A stretch of 64,000 nucleotides of DNA from Bacteroidia bacterium (GCA_026391215.1 JAPLDX010000056.1:96001-160000); one strand, 5' to 3'. Shown: positions 9,350 through 19,997, counted from the stretch's first letter. Notes: generated by a model from the letters alone, not told the origin. A program made the numbers and translations.

Positions 9350-9503
9350 CCAGGAGCAACGAATTTTAAAGTAAATTTCTTAATTTTCATAACGATAATA
9401 TTACGATGTTTTTATATACAGATTCAGAAAACAGTAAAAAATCATATAACATTAATTATTAACAACATAACAAACATGCAAGATTAATTTCAAGTAGCAA
9501 AAG

Positions 9504-9526
9504 AACTTCGCAAATTTACCTATAAT
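9504..9526 (+). repeat. Right copy of 23-bp imperfect direct repeat
   Basis: aacttcgcaaatttacctataat; differs from 2725..2747 by three C/T transitions. Confidence 0.6.
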
Positions 9527-9544
9527 AACAAAATTAGAAACCCA

Positions 9545-10009
9545 ATGGCACAATTAAAGGAAGGCATGACTGCACCTCCTTTTGAGGGTATGGATCAGAA
9601 TGGAATAGTGGTGAAATCAAGTGATTTTAGAGGAAAGAAGATTGTGCTTTACTTCTATCCCAAGGACAGTACGCCAGGCTGTACGGCCGAAGCTTGCAAT
9701 CTCCGCGACAATTACAATTCTCTACTGAAGAAGGGATTTGCAGTGATCGGAATAAGTATGGATAGTGAAAAGTCACATAAGAATTTTGCTGCGAAATATT
9801 CCCTTCCCTTTCCACTGATTGCAGATACAACAAAAAAGATCCTCAATGATTATGGTGTCTGGAAGGAGAAAAGCATGTACGGAAAAACTTTTTTAGGTAT
9901 AGCCAGGACAACTTTCATAATCGATGAGAAAGGTATCATTGAGAAAGTAATCTCAAAAGTAGAGACTAAAACCCATTCAGAACAGATATTCGGATTATAT
10001 CAAAAATAA
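9545..10009 (+). CDS. bcp: Thioredoxin-dependent thiol peroxidase BCP
   Basis: [18 protein letters not shown] motif. Confidence 0.95.
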   Translation: MAQLKEGMTAPPFEGMDQNGIVVKSSDFRGKKIVLYFYPKDSTPGCTAEACNLRDNYNSLLKKGFAVIGISMDSEKSHKNFAAKYSLPFPLIADTTKKILNDYGVWKEKSMYGKTFLGIARTTFIIDEKGIIEKVISKVETKTHSEQIFGLYQK

Positions 10010-10019
10010 AACCTACTAT

Positions 10020-11027
10020 ATGAGCAAAGAAAGAAAAGAGATCAATAAAGAGAAGCTTAAAGCGCTCGAAGTCACCCTGGGTAAAATTGAAAAGGATTTT
10101 GGGAAGGGTACAATAATGAAGCTTGGCGATCATGCCATTGAGAATATACAGGTTATCTCCACCGGTTCTATCGGGCTTGATGCAGCCCTTGGCATCGGAG
10201 GTTTTCCGCGCGGACGTGTTATTGAGATCTACGGACCTGAGGCTTCAGGAAAGACGACACTCGCTATTCATGCAATAGCCGAAGCTCAGAAGAACGGCGG
10301 TATTGCGGCAATAATCGATGCTGAACATACTTTCGACCGTAATTATGCTGAAAAGCTTGGCGTTGACGTGGAGAACCTTCTCATCTCCCAGCCCGATAAC
10401 GGGGAACAAGCCCTTGAGATAACTGATAACCTCATCAGATCAGGAGCTCTCGATATTGTGGTTATCGATTCTGTGGCAGCCCTCACACCCAAGGCTGAAA
10501 TTGAAGGTGAAATGGGTGATTCAAAAATGGGGCTGCAGGCAAGGCTGATGTCTCAGGCTCTCAGGAAGCTCACTGCAAACATCAGCAAAACAAATACTTC
10601 CTGCGTATTCATAAATCAGCTCAGGGAAAAGATTGGAATAGTGTTTGGAAACCCTGAAACCACTACCGGAGGAAATGCGCTTAAATTTTATGCATCTGTG
10701 AGGGTGGATATTCGGCGTACAAGCCAGTTAAAAGAGGGCGAAGAGATCATTGGTAACCGCACGAGAGTCAAAATTGTGAAGAACAAGCTTGCCCCTCCTT
10801 TCAGAAAAGCTGATTTTGACATCCTCTATGGAGAAGGGATTTCACAGCTCGGTGAAATTGTTGACCTCGGCACTGACTTAAATATTATTAAAAAGAGCGG
10901 CTCCTGGTTCAGCTATGGTGAAACAAGGATTGGACAGGGACGCGACGCAGTCAAACAGATACTGAAAGATAATCCTGAATTATATGATGAGCTTAAGGCC
11001 AAAGTACAGGAAGCTCTTAAGAAATAA
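10020..11027 (+). CDS. recA: Recombinase RecA
   Basis: [34 protein letters not shown]. Confidence 0.99.
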   Translation: MSKERKEINKEKLKALEVTLGKIEKDFGKGTIMKLGDHAIENIQVISTGSIGLDAALGIGGFPRGRVIEIYGPEASGKTTLAIHAIAEAQKNGGIAAIIDAEHTFDRNYAEKLGVDVENLLISQPDNGEQALEITDNLIRSGALDIVVIDSVAALTPKAEIEGEMGDSKMGLQARLMSQALRKLTANISKTNTSCVFINQLREKIGIVFGNPETTTGGNALKFYASVRVDIRRTSQLKEGEEIIGNRTRVKIVKNKLAPPFRKADFDILYGEGISQLGEIVDLGTDLNIIKKSGSWFSYGETRIGQGRDAVKQILKDNPELYDELKAKVQEALKK

Positions 11028-11052
11028 TAATTTAATCTAAATAGTGTCACCT

Positions 11053-13116
11053 ATGAAAAGATATCAGGTTACGATAAGTCTTCTGTTAATGCTATTTTCG
11101 GTATCATGCAAACAGAAGGAAACTGTCACGGTGGAATCCGCACCACAATTTAATAATCAACTAACTGCTGAAGAAAAAGCCGGTGGTGTGATAACACCTG
11201 AAATAATGTGGAAATTCGGCAGACTTGGCAACATAGCCCTCTCTCCTGACGGATCAACTGTCCTTTATACAGTTACTGAAAGAGATTTAATGACAGAAGC
11301 CAGCAGAACAAACATATTCAGCATCCCCATTACGGGAGGAGACCCGGTACAGCTTACAACCGATGGAGGAAGCTCCCCCCGGTGGTTCGGTGACGGTAAG
11401 TCATTTGCCTACGTGAACAACGACGGGAAACTGGTGATAACAGACCCAAAAGGTTCTGTTAAACAGACTGTTGAAGGCCTTGACAATTTCGAGATATTCA
11501 GCATATCACCGGCCGGAGACAATATTTACTTCACGAAAAGGGTAAAGCTCGATCTGACCGCTAACGAGAAATACAATTTGCCAAAGGCCAAAGTAAGAAT
11601 AATAGACAATCTGATGTACCGTCACTGGAATTCATGGAGCGATTATTCATACAGCCATATTTTTGTCGCGTCCTTCAACGGGAAAAGCGTTTCAGGTGAA
11701 AAAGACATAATGGACGGTCAGAAATTCGAGTCACCTCTTTCTCCATATTTTGATGAGGGTGAAATCTCATGGAGTCCCGACGGTAAATACATTGCCTATA
11801 CAACAAAGAGACTTCGTGGTAAAGAGGATGCCCGGAGTACTAATTCAGACATCATACTTTATGAAGTCTCTTCAGGAAAAGAAATAAATATCTCTGAAGG
11901 GAACAGAGGTTATGACAGGTCTCCTGTCTTTTCACCCGATGGAGCAAAAATTGCTTATCAAAGCATGGAAAGAGACGGGTATGAGGCTGATCTTGACAGG
12001 CTTATGGTCTATGATATTAATACTAAAAACCGTACCTGGGTAACGAAAGGCTGGGAATTTGATGTACAAAATATCAACTGGGCAGATGAACAGAATATTT
12101 ATTTTATCTGTGAATATCTGGGAACTTCACAGGTTTTTAAAACAAACCTCAGCATTAAAGGTGTTGACCGTGTTACAGAAGGCAATCATGGACTCGGTTC
12201 TTTGCAAATGGAATCAGGGAAAATTGCAGCATCAATGATGTCATTTTCGCTGGCGATGGAAGTTGCTGCTATTGATATGAATACCGGTGAAGTAAAACAG
12301 ATCAGTGGAATAAACAAAGCCATCTATGAATCCATAAAGATGGGGAAAGCGGAAGAGAAATATGTCAAGACCTCGGATGGCAAGGATCTCCAGATGTGGA
12401 TTATCTTTCCTCCTGATTTCGATCCTGCAAAAAAATACCCGGCTCTTCTTTTCTGCAATGGAGGACCCCAGAGCTCACTAAGTCCTTTTTGGTCATATCG
12501 CTGGAATATGCAGATGATGGCTGCAAAAGGATATATTGTATATGCTCCAAACCGAAGAGGCGTTGTCGGATTCGGTCAGGCCTGGAAAGAACAGATCTCA
12601 CAAGATTATGGCGGAAAAAATATGCAGGATTATCTTGATGCCACAGATGCTATGGCAAAGGAACCATATGTTGATTCTCAGCGTATGGGAGCTGTTGGAG
12701 CAAGCTATGGCGGATATTCTGTTTTCTATCTGGCCGGGATCCACGGAGGAAGATTCAAGGTATTCATCTCACATTGCGGCGTTTTCAATTTTATCAGTGA
12801 ATATGGTTCCACTGAAGAACTGTGGTTCAATGACTTTGATTACGGCGGCCCTTACTGGGAATTGCCGGAGAGCTATAAGTATTCACCACATCTGCTGGTT
12901 GATAACTGGGATACACCTATCCTGATCATCACCGGTGCAAACGATTTCAGGATCCCTTATACTCAGAGCATGGAGGCATTCACTGCAGCACAGCTTCACA
13001 ATATCCCCAGCAGGTTTCTCTTTTTTGAAGACGAGTCGCATTGGGTTCTTAAACCACAGAATTCAATTATATGGCAGAATGAATTCTTCAGCTGGCTGGA
13101 GACGTATTTAAAGTAG
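11053..13116 (+). CDS. S9 family peptidase (DPP5-like) lipoprotein
   Basis: Lipobox SVSC, PD40 repeats, GASYGG nucleophile, DFRIP, ESHWVLKPQN. Confidence 0.9.
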   Translation: MKRYQVTISLLLMLFSVSCKQKETVTVESAPQFNNQLTAEEKAGGVITPEIMWKFGRLGNIALSPDGSTVLYTVTERDLMTEASRTNIFSIPITGGDPVQLTTDGGSSPRWFGDGKSFAYVNNDGKLVITDPKGSVKQTVEGLDNFEIFSISPAGDNIYFTKRVKLDLTANEKYNLPKAKVRIIDNLMYRHWNSWSDYSYSHIFVASFNGKSVSGEKDIMDGQKFESPLSPYFDEGEISWSPDGKYIAYTTKRLRGKEDARSTNSDIILYEVSSGKEINISEGNRGYDRSPVFSPDGAKIAYQSMERDGYEADLDRLMVYDINTKNRTWVTKGWEFDVQNINWADEQNIYFICEYLGTSQVFKTNLSIKGVDRVTEGNHGLGSLQMESGKIAASMMSFSLAMEVAAIDMNTGEVKQISGINKAIYESIKMGKAEEKYVKTSDGKDLQMWIIFPPDFDPAKKYPALLFCNGGPQSSLSPFWSYRWNMQMMAAKGYIVYAPNRRGVVGFGQAWKEQISQDYGGKNMQDYLDATDAMAKEPYVDSQRMGAVGASYGGYSVFYLAGIHGGRFKVFISHCGVFNFISEYGSTEELWFNDFDYGGPYWELPESYKYSPHLLVDNWDTPILIITGANDFRIPYTQSMEAFTAAQLHNIPSRFLFFEDESHWVLKPQNSIIWQNEFFSWLETYLK

Positions 13117-13135
13117 AATCAAGCAACATATGCAA

Positions 13136-13184
13136 TGCTGGGCGTAGTTTGCTCTGCTGGGCGTAGTTTGAAACTACGCCCAGC
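13136..13184. repeat. REP-like palindrome with duplicated arm
   Basis: tgctgggcgtagtttg twice (13136, 13155), followed by perfect 14-bp inverse aaactacgcccagc. Confidence 0.8.
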
Positions 13185-13208
13185 CAGATCCCATCCAGAT
13201 TTGTACAA

Positions 13209-14141
13209 TTAACCTTTTAGCAATTCAATAACTTTCGCTGATTTCTCCTCAATTGGCAGTTCACCGTCAATCCAGTGGATTGAGGTGCCTTTGCGCTCCA
13301 TTCCCCTGAACCAGGTCATCTGCCTTTTTGCATACTGATGTATTGCGGTCTCAAGGTTTTTGACCATCTCCTTATAACCGAGCTTCCCTGTAAGGTATAG
13401 TGTAATGTACTTATATTCAAGGCCATAATAAATAAGTATCTCTTTTTTTACTCCGCTGTCAAGCAATTTTTTTACTTCATCGGCCATCCCGTCATCAAGC
13501 CTCTTTTTCAGTCTTTCTGTAATTCTTCTTCGTCTTGTTTCCCTGTCGAACATAATGCCGGCAATGAGAGGTTTAAGGTCAGGAAATTGGTTTTGTTTCT
13601 CAGATTTTGTCCTGTTGAACTGCTCAATCTCAATAGCTCTTATTACCCTCTTTTTTGTATCAATATCAGTTGTGTTATGAAGATTCTTATAGGTCGAAAG
13701 TATCCCTATGAGTTCTTCTAAAGTTTTCTTCTCCAGCCTGGTCCTCAGACCACTGTCAGGCGGTACTTCATACATCCTATATCCCGTTACTATGCTATCA
13801 ATATACATGCCCGATCCTCCGCATACGACTGGAAAAACATCACGCTTTTTCATATCGTCATAGACTATTTTAAAATCACGCTGAAACTCAAAGACGTTGT
13901 ATTTATAACCGGGATCTGCAATATCAATAAGATGAAAAGGCACTGCCTTATCTTTGACTGTATACTCTGAATAATCCTTTCCTGTTCCCAGGTTCATTCC
14001 CCTGTATACCTGGCGCGAATCAGCACTTATTATCTCTCCGCCAAGCCGTGCCGCTACGGCAGCTGCAAGGGAAGTCTTGCCCGATGCAGTGGTCCCTGTA
14101 ATTACCAGCAGATCATATCCATTCTTTGGTCTGGATGTCAT
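13209..14141 (-). CDS. miaA: tRNA dimethylallyltransferase
   Basis: GTTASGKT, ISADSRQVYRGMNLGTGK, YAKRQMTWFR; likely start ATG 14141. Confidence 0.95.
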   Translation of the reverse strand: MTSRPKNGYDLLVITGTTASGKTSLAAAVAARLGGEIISADSRQVYRGMNLGTGKDYSEYTVKDKAVPFHLIDIADPGYKYNVFEFQRDFKIVYDDMKKRDVFPVVCGGSGMYIDSIVTGYRMYEVPPDSGLRTRLEKKTLEELIGILSTYKNLHNTTDIDTKKRVIRAIEIEQFNRTKSEKQNQFPDLKPLIAGIMFDRETRRRRITERLKKRLDDGMADEVKKLLDSGVKKEILIYYGLEYKYITLYLTGKLGYKEMVKNLETAIHQYAKRQMTWFRGMERKGTSIHWIDGELPIEEKSAKVIELLKG

Positions 14142-14185
14142 AGTGGCTACTATTTTACCTAAACAGCAAGTTACCATAAAATTAT

Positions 14186-14193
14186 TAATTTTG
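14186..14193 (+). promoter_or_regulatory. -7 promoter element for smpB
   Basis: TAATTTTG 20 bp upstream of ATG. Confidence 0.55.
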
Positions 14194-14213
14194 ACGGTCA
14201 CGTTTCTGTTTTT

Positions 14214-14657
14214 ATGGATATTGTAATTAAGAATAAGAAGGCATCGCATGATTACGAGTTCCTTGAGAAATTCGTTGCAGGAATAAAACTCACAGGGACA
14301 GAAATCAAATCTATCCGGCTTGGTAAAGCTGCTCTTGCAGATTCATATTGTTTCTTCAGCGGGGGGGAGCTTTTTATCAGGGGCATGCATATTGCTGAAT
14401 ACTGGTGGGGGAACCTTAATAATCATGATCCGCTGAGGGAACGGAAGCTCCTTCTTAATAAACGTGAGCTGAAACGAATTGAAAGAAAGGTCAAGGAAAC
14501 GGGTCTGACAATTATCGTCACTAAAGTCTTCATCAATGAAAGGGGTCTTGCAAAGGCGGAGATTGCCATTTCGAAGGGCAAGAAGGAATATGATAAGCGC
14601 CAGACAATCAAGAAGAAAGATTCAGACAGGGAGCTTGACAGGATCCGGAAGAAATGA
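14214..14657 (+). CDS. smpB: SsrA-binding protein
   Basis: NKKASHDY, GIKLTGTEIKSIR, RERKLLL, GKKEYDKR. Confidence 0.98.
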   Translation: MDIVIKNKKASHDYEFLEKFVAGIKLTGTEIKSIRLGKAALADSYCFFSGGELFIRGMHIAEYWWGNLNNHDPLRERKLLLNKRELKRIERKVKETGLTIIVTKVFINERGLAKAEIAISKGKKEYDKRQTIKKKDSDRELDRIRKK

Positions 14658-14670
14658 TTTTTTAGGGATC

Positions 14671-14732
14671 ATAAACCACCCCGTCCCGACGCTTTGGTCG
14701 GGACACCCCTCCTTTAAAAAGGAGGGGAAAGT
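14671..14732 (+). repeat. Double-hairpin REP-like repeat, copy A
   Basis: 62 bp identical to 15196..15257; stems gtcccgac/gtcgggac and cccctccttt/aaaggagggg. Confidence 0.95.
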
Positions 14733-14750
14733 ATAATTGTTTTAAACTCG

Positions 14751-14808
14751 TTTCTCCTCCTTTTCAAAGGAGGAGTACCCCGCCTGTGGCGGGGGGAGGT
14801 GGTTTATA
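14751..14808 (-). repeat. Double-hairpin REP-like repeat, copy B (inverted, divergent)
   Basis: Reverse complement ataaaccacc-tccccccgccacaggcggggt-actcctcctttgaaaaggaggagaaa; overlaps the DUF559 stop codon. Confidence 0.9.
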
Positions 14809-15166
14809 GAGTAAGATTATCCATTATTATATTAATGACAAATTCAGGTTCCTGAAAAACAAATCGATTCTCAAATCTTATAACTTTAAAACCTTTTTCT
14901 TCAAGTATCCTATCTCTTTTTTCATCTCTCTGAATTTCTATATAATCACCATGAAGATTCCCATCAAGTTCAATAATCAGCCTATCAGAAGAACAATAAA
15001 AATCAACGATAAAATTCTCCAGGCTATGTTGTCTTCTGAATTTCTTGCCTTTTAATTGTTTGTTTTTAAGCATATTCCATAGTACTGCTTCTGCAGAGGT
15101 AGATCGATTTCTCAACTTCTTCCTAATAGGCTTGAGTTCGGTTTTATTTGAAGAATATCTGGACAT
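14804..15166 (-). CDS. DUF559 / Vsr-like endonuclease
   Basis: LRNRSTSAEAVLW, FRRQH, FIVDFYC, IIELDGNLH, RDEKRD..GFKVIRF; likely start ATG 15166. Confidence 0.92.
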   Translation of the reverse strand: MSRYSSNKTELKPIRKKLRNRSTSAEAVLWNMLKNKQLKGKKFRRQHSLENFIVDFYCSSDRLIIELDGNLHGDYIEIQRDEKRDRILEEKGFKVIRFENRFVFQEPEFVINIIMDNLTL

Positions 15167-15195
15167 ATTATAGAAATACAAGTGAAACTTACAAT

Positions 15196-15257
15196 ATAAA
15201 CCACCCCGTCCCGACGCTTTGGTCGGGACACCCCTCCTTTAAAAAGGAGGGGAAAGT
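15196..15257 (+). repeat. Double-hairpin REP-like repeat, copy C
   Basis: Exact copy of 14671..14732. Confidence 0.95.
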
Positions 15258-15321
15258 TTAATAATTATAATTCTATTTAAAAGCGAAACAAATTCTATAG
15301 GTAATAGTCCCTCTTCCTATA

Positions 15322-16047
15322 TTAGAAGTTCGGGCTGAGGAGATATCTTGAGTAGAATTTAACAATTGTATCAACAGCCTCCTTTGAAGTATCAACGATA
15401 GTGAAGATGTTGAGGTCATCCGCTGATATGTTATGTTCTTCGGCCAGCATTTCCTCTTTAATCCAATCCATCAATCCCTTCCAGTATTTTTTACCAACAA
15501 GAATAATCGGGAATTTACCGATTTTCCTGGTCTGTATAAGGGTGATTGCCTCAAAGAGCTCATCAAATGTTCCGAATCCTCCCGGGAGCACGATAAATCC
15601 CTGAGCATATTTCATGAACATTACCTTCCTTACAAAGAAATGGTCAAAAGTAATGAGCTTGTCAGCATCAATATATGAGTTAGGCCGCTGCTCAAAAGGC
15701 AGGTCAATATTAATACCTACTGACTTCCCGTTGCCTCGTTTGGCGCCTTTATTTGCAGCCTCCATAATACCGGGTCCGCCTCCGGTAATAATCCCATAAC
15801 CATTCTGGACAAGCCTGAAAGCAATATCCTCGGCAAGGCGGTAATATTTATCATTATGATGTGTTCTTGCAGATCCAAAAATTGATACGCATGGCCCTAT
15901 ACGTGAAAGTTTTTCAAAACCTTCAACCAGCTCGGAAATTATTTTAAAAACTCTCCAGGAATCTGTGGTATGGATCTCATGCCATGTTTTTTCTTCGAAG
16001 GCGTCTTTTGTCAATTCTATCTGTGAAGGTTTATCCTTTTTGCCCAT
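15322..16047 (-). CDS. LOG family protein (TIGR00730)
   Basis: SIFGSAR, TGGGPGIMEAAN, PGGFGTFDELFE. Confidence 0.92.
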   Translation of the reverse strand: MGKKDKPSQIELTKDAFEEKTWHEIHTTDSWRVFKIISELVEGFEKLSRIGPCVSIFGSARTHHNDKYYRLAEDIAFRLVQNGYGIITGGGPGIMEAANKGAKRGNGKSVGINIDLPFEQRPNSYIDADKLITFDHFFVRKVMFMKYAQGFIVLPGGFGTFDELFEAITLIQTRKIGKFPIILVGKKYWKGLMDWIKEEMLAEEHNISADDLNIFTIVDTSKEAVDTIVKFYSRYLLSPNF

Positions 16048-16069
16048 GGTAAAAAAGTTTTTTGTATTT

Positions 16070-16077
16070 CAAATATA
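16070..16077 (-). promoter_or_regulatory. -7 promoter element for LOG gene
   Basis: TATATTTG on minus strand, 22 bp upstream of ATG. Confidence 0.5.
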
Positions 16078-16086
16078 ATTAATTTC

Positions 16087-18906
16087 TTATGCCTTCAGCT
16101 CCGGTTTAAGGAATATTCCTGTATAGCTGTCTTCAAATTCAGCCAGTTGCTCAGGTGATCCCGAAAATACAAGATTGCCACCTTCCTTACCGCCCTCTTT
16201 TCCAAGGTCAATAATATAGTCGGCCATCTTGATCACATCCATATTATGTTCAATCACGATAACCGTATTTCCCCTGTCTACAAGCCGGTTAAGCACATCC
16301 AGCAACACCCTTACATCTTCAAAATGGAGTCCGGTAGTCGGTTCATCAAGGATATAAAGTGTTTTTCCGGTATCACGGCGGGCAAGTTCTGTGGCAAGCT
16401 TTACACGCTGAGCTTCTCCTCCCGAGAGCGTTGTTGATTGCTGTCCCAGTGTAATATATCCGAGTCCGACATCCTTCAGGGTTTTGATCTTATGATAGAT
16501 AGAGGGAACATTGGCGAAAAATTCAACAGCCATATTTACTGTCATATCGAGGACATCGCTGATAGATTTCCCCTTATATTTTACTTCCAGTGTCTCCCGG
16601 TTGTAACGCTTGCCATTGCATTCACTGCAATGAACGTAAACATCAGGGAGGAAATTCATTTCAATAGTTTTCACACCGGCACCTTCACATCCCTCACATC
16701 TTCCTCCTTTTACATTAAATGAAAACCTTCCTGCTCCAAATCCGCGGATCTTTGCCTCGGTTGTCTGTTCAAAAAGCTTTCTGATATCAGTAAAAACACC
16801 TGTATAAGTCGCCGGATTTGATCTGGGAGTTTTCCCTATAGGCGATTGGCTGACTTCTATCACTTTATCAAGATGTTCAAGCCCTGCTATCTCCCTGTAA
16901 GGCAGAGGCGTTTTTCCGGAGTTATGGAAACGTCTTGCAAGCGCAGGATGAAGTGTCTGGTTTATCAGGGAGGATTTACCGCTTCCCGAGACCCCTGTCA
17001 CACAGATGAATGTACCGAGGGGTAAGACGACATCCACATTATTAAGGTTGTGCCCTGAAGCCCCTGTCATTACAAGGGATTTTCCGTTGCCGGTCCTTCG
17101 CTGTTCCGGAATATGGAATTTATTCCTGTTATTCAGAAATCCTGAAGTAAGTGTATCGCTGCTTTTAATTTCATCCGGTTTCCCCTCAGCCACTATAAGT
17201 CCTCCGTGAAGTCCCGCGCCTGGTCCCATATCTATTATATGATCGGCCGACAGGATCATTTCCCTGTCGTGCTCAACGACAATCACTGAATTACCGGAAT
17301 CCCTCAACTGCTTCAAGGCACGTATCAGGCGCCTGTTATCCCTCTGGTGAAGCCCTATGCTTGGTTCATCAAGTATATAAAGAACGTTAACCAGCTGTGA
17401 GCCAATCTGGGTGGCCAGCCTGATCCTCTGACTTTCGCCTCCTGAAAGGGTTCTGGCTCCCCTGTTAAGGGAAAGATAGTCAAGGCCCACTTCCAGGAGG
17501 AAACCAAGCCTTGCCCTTATCTCCTTAAGAATTTCTGCGGCTATCTGTTTCTGTTTTCCGGTAAGCTTATCCTCAACATTTTCAAGGAATACTGATAATT
17601 CCCTGATATCCATTGCTGACAGCTCACCGATATTCTTGCCTGCTATCCTGAAGAATAATGATTCTTTTTTTAGTCTTGTCCCATTGCATTCCGGGCAAAC
17701 ATTATATTGAATATATTGGTCTTTCAGCCTTGTCCCATTCTTCTTCCCGTTCATCGCCTCAAGGTTGCCAACAAAATTGACCACCCCTTCAAATGTCAGA
17801 AAATAATTTGATGTCATTCCCAGGGGAGTATTCGATAGCTTAAGAACCTCATCTGAGCCATAGAGAACCTTGTTCAGGGCGTCTTCAGGTATATCACTTA
17901 GCGGTGTGTCAAGAGTGAAGCCGTTCTTCTCGGCTATTGCCTCTATCTGCCAGAATATCCAGACATTCCTGTATTTACCGAGAGGTTCAATACCTCCTTT
18001 TCTGATGCTGAGGCTCCTGTCGGGAATAAGCTTCTTTTCATCAATACTTGATATTTCTCCAAGACCGTTGCAATGCGGGCACGCACCCTGCGGTGAGTTA
18101 AAGGAGAATGTATGAGGAGCAGGATCATTATATGAAATCCCTGTAACCGGACACATAAGATGGCGGCTGAAAAATCTGGGTTCATTGCTTTCACTTTCCA
18201 GAACCATCATTACTCCGTCACCCTGGTCAAGAGCCAACTGGACAGATTCCATGAGCCTTTTATCGGTTATATCGCCCACTCTGAATTTATCAATGACAAT
18301 CTCAATAAAATGGGTCTTATAACGATCCAACTTCATCCCGGGCTGGAGCTCCCTTATTTCATTGTTGATACGGACATGTAAAAATCCTTTTCTTCTCAGC
18401 TGTTCAAACAGTTCTTTATAATGTCCTTTCCTCCCTTTAACCACAGGCGCCAGAATATATACCTTTTTACCTGTAAAACGGTTCTTTACTAGTCCAATGA
18501 TCTGATCATCAGTGTATTTGACCATCTTTTCACCTGAGGCATGAGAGTAAGCGTCAGCCGCCCTTGCATACATTAATCTCAGGAAATCATATATTTCAGT
18601 TATAGTACCAACAGTAGAGCGGGGATTTTTATTTGTCGTTTTCTGCTCGATGGAAATAACCGGGCTCAAACCCGTAATTTTATCGACATCGGGGCGTTCC
18701 ATTCCTCCAAGGAACTGCCGTGCATAGGAAGAGAGGGTCTCCATATAACGGCGCTGGCCCTCAGCATATATTGTATCAAAAGCGAGAGATGATTTTCCGC
18801 TCCCGCTTAATCCGGTAATAACCACCAGTTTGTTTCGCGGGATCGTTACATCTATATCCTTAAGATTATGGACCCTGGCACCGAGGACTCTTATTTCTTC
18901 ACTCAT
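16087..18906 (-). CDS. uvrA: Excinuclease ABC subunit A
   Basis: Two ABC ATPase domains ([23 protein letters not shown]), zinc fingers. Confidence 0.99.
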   Translation of the reverse strand: MSEEIRVLGARVHNLKDIDVTIPRNKLVVITGLSGSGKSSLAFDTIYAEGQRRYMETLSSYARQFLGGMERPDVDKITGLSPVISIEQKTTNKNPRSTVGTITEIYDFLRLMYARAADAYSHASGEKMVKYTDDQIIGLVKNRFTGKKVYILAPVVKGRKGHYKELFEQLRRKGFLHVRINNEIRELQPGMKLDRYKTHFIEIVIDKFRVGDITDKRLMESVQLALDQGDGVMMVLESESNEPRFFSRHLMCPVTGISYNDPAPHTFSFNSPQGACPHCNGLGEISSIDEKKLIPDRSLSIRKGGIEPLGKYRNVWIFWQIEAIAEKNGFTLDTPLSDIPEDALNKVLYGSDEVLKLSNTPLGMTSNYFLTFEGVVNFVGNLEAMNGKKNGTRLKDQYIQYNVCPECNGTRLKKESLFFRIAGKNIGELSAMDIRELSVFLENVEDKLTGKQKQIAAEILKEIRARLGFLLEVGLDYLSLNRGARTLSGGESQRIRLATQIGSQLVNVLYILDEPSIGLHQRDNRRLIRALKQLRDSGNSVIVVEHDREMILSADHIIDMGPGAGLHGGLIVAEGKPDEIKSSDTLTSGFLNNRNKFHIPEQRRTGNGKSLVMTGASGHNLNNVDVVLPLGTFICVTGVSGSGKSSLINQTLHPALARRFHNSGKTPLPYREIAGLEHLDKVIEVSQSPIGKTPRSNPATYTGVFTDIRKLFEQTTEAKIRGFGAGRFSFNVKGGRCEGCEGAGVKTIEMNFLPDVYVHCSECNGKRYNRETLEVKYKGKSISDVLDMTVNMAVEFFANVPSIYHKIKTLKDVGLGYITLGQQSTTLSGGEAQRVKLATELARRDTGKTLYILDEPTTGLHFEDVRVLLDVLNRLVDRGNTVIVIEHNMDVIKMADYIIDLGKEGGKEGGNLVFSGSPEQLAEFEDSYTGIFLKPELKA

Positions 18907-18929
18907 CTTGACCCTCCACCATGATCTTA

Positions 18930-19889
18930 TCAGCTTTCAGGTTCCGGCTTTTCTGTATTTCTCATACCTTCTTCCGGGATCCTGATTATATATTCCTTAC
19001 TGGGTTTTGGTGTCAGATAAGGCTTCCTGAGCCATGGATTCAGTAGTTTAAGCATCTTATAGTTTGTGCCGAACTGCTCGGCAAACTTCGAAAAATTTGC
19101 GATTGCAGTATCAACTTTTACTTCCCGGCATTTCAGCTCTGGATACAGCTCATTCTCTTCAATGACGAATCCGTAGCTGGATGGATCTGATATGACAAGC
19201 TTATAGGCAACAGCCCTGAAAATATACCTGGCGGTCTCTTCTGACAACAGGAGATCATAATAATTGTTTTGTCCCTGAATTTCAATCTGTTCATCGATTG
19301 CAGCTCTCCCTCCGTTATATGATGCAGCTGCAAGCGTCCAGTTTCCGTATCTTTCATATGATTTCCTGAAATAGTCGCAAGCGAATTGAGTCGACTTTTC
19401 AACATCATAACGCTCGTCTATTACGGAGTTGATTTCCATTCCCTGCTCTATGCCCGTTGCCTGCATGATCTGCCAGAAACCGGTAGCTCCGGCCGGTGAT
19501 ATCATATTACTGTATTCGCTTTCAGCTGCTGCCAGATACTTGAAATCATCCGGTATATCATTCTTCCTGAGTATCTTCTCAATTACAGGGAGATAACGGT
19601 TTGCCCTTTTGATTATAAGTATTGTTGAGGAATGGCGGTATGCGCTTGTAAGAATTTCTCGTTCCAGGCTTTCCCGTGTATCGAAATTTTCAAGCGGCAT
19701 CTTTTCACCTGCAAAGGTCACAGTTTCGGGTAGCTTGTAAGGCTTGTTCAAATAGGTTGTATCTGCCTGGCCCTTCAGTTGTGAAGAATTTCCTGATCCC
19801 TTAAAGCTCTGTGTGACTGAAAGAACAATAATTACTATTCCAGCCAGGATCAGGGCTGCAAGAATTGTTTTCCTGTTAAAATATATCAT
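18930..19889 (-). CDS. Lytic transglycosylase (SLT/MltD-like)
   Basis: [33 protein letters not shown]. Confidence 0.9.
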   Translation of the reverse strand: MIYFNRKTILAALILAGIVIIVLSVTQSFKGSGNSSQLKGQADTTYLNKPYKLPETVTFAGEKMPLENFDTRESLEREILTSAYRHSSTILIIKRANRYLPVIEKILRKNDIPDDFKYLAAAESEYSNMISPAGATGFWQIMQATGIEQGMEINSVIDERYDVEKSTQFACDYFRKSYERYGNWTLAAASYNGGRAAIDEQIEIQGQNNYYDLLLSEETARYIFRAVAYKLVISDPSSYGFVIEENELYPELKCREVKVDTAIANFSKFAEQFGTNYKMLKLLNPWLRKPYLTPKPSKEYIIRIPEEGMRNTEKPEPES

Positions 19890-19917
19890 TAATATCGGGG
19901 TATTTAGAAATAATGTG

Positions 19918-19925
19918 CAAAGGTA
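19918..19925 (-). promoter_or_regulatory. -7 promoter element for transglycosylase-uvrA
   Basis: TACCTTTG on minus strand. Confidence 0.55.
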
Positions 19926-19997
19926 ATATTTTTATACCTGATAAATAATTTCAGGATATCCAAAATGAAAAAGAATCTCAATCTGATCCGGGAAATT

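Larger units (their letters stand above)
2725..9526. mobile_element. AT-rich genomic islet (lipoprotein array + rSAM), no integrase
   Basis: Hand-counted lines 4561 and 8401 each have 14/60 G+C versus 31/60 for recA line 10441; flanking direct repeat; all genes on minus strand. Confidence 0.6.

Noticed and set aside
14536-14736. 66-aa ORF running into repeat A
   Set aside because: Out-of-frame overlap with smpB; its tail is translated repeat.
14658-14810. tmRNA or other ncRNA next to smpB
   Set aside because: No tRNA-like ends or tag reading frame; the structure is explained by the repeat doublet.
14671-15257. CRISPR array or composite transposon interpretation of the 62-bp repeats
   Set aside because: Only two direct copies 525 bp apart plus an inverted one; no regular spacers, cas genes or transposase.
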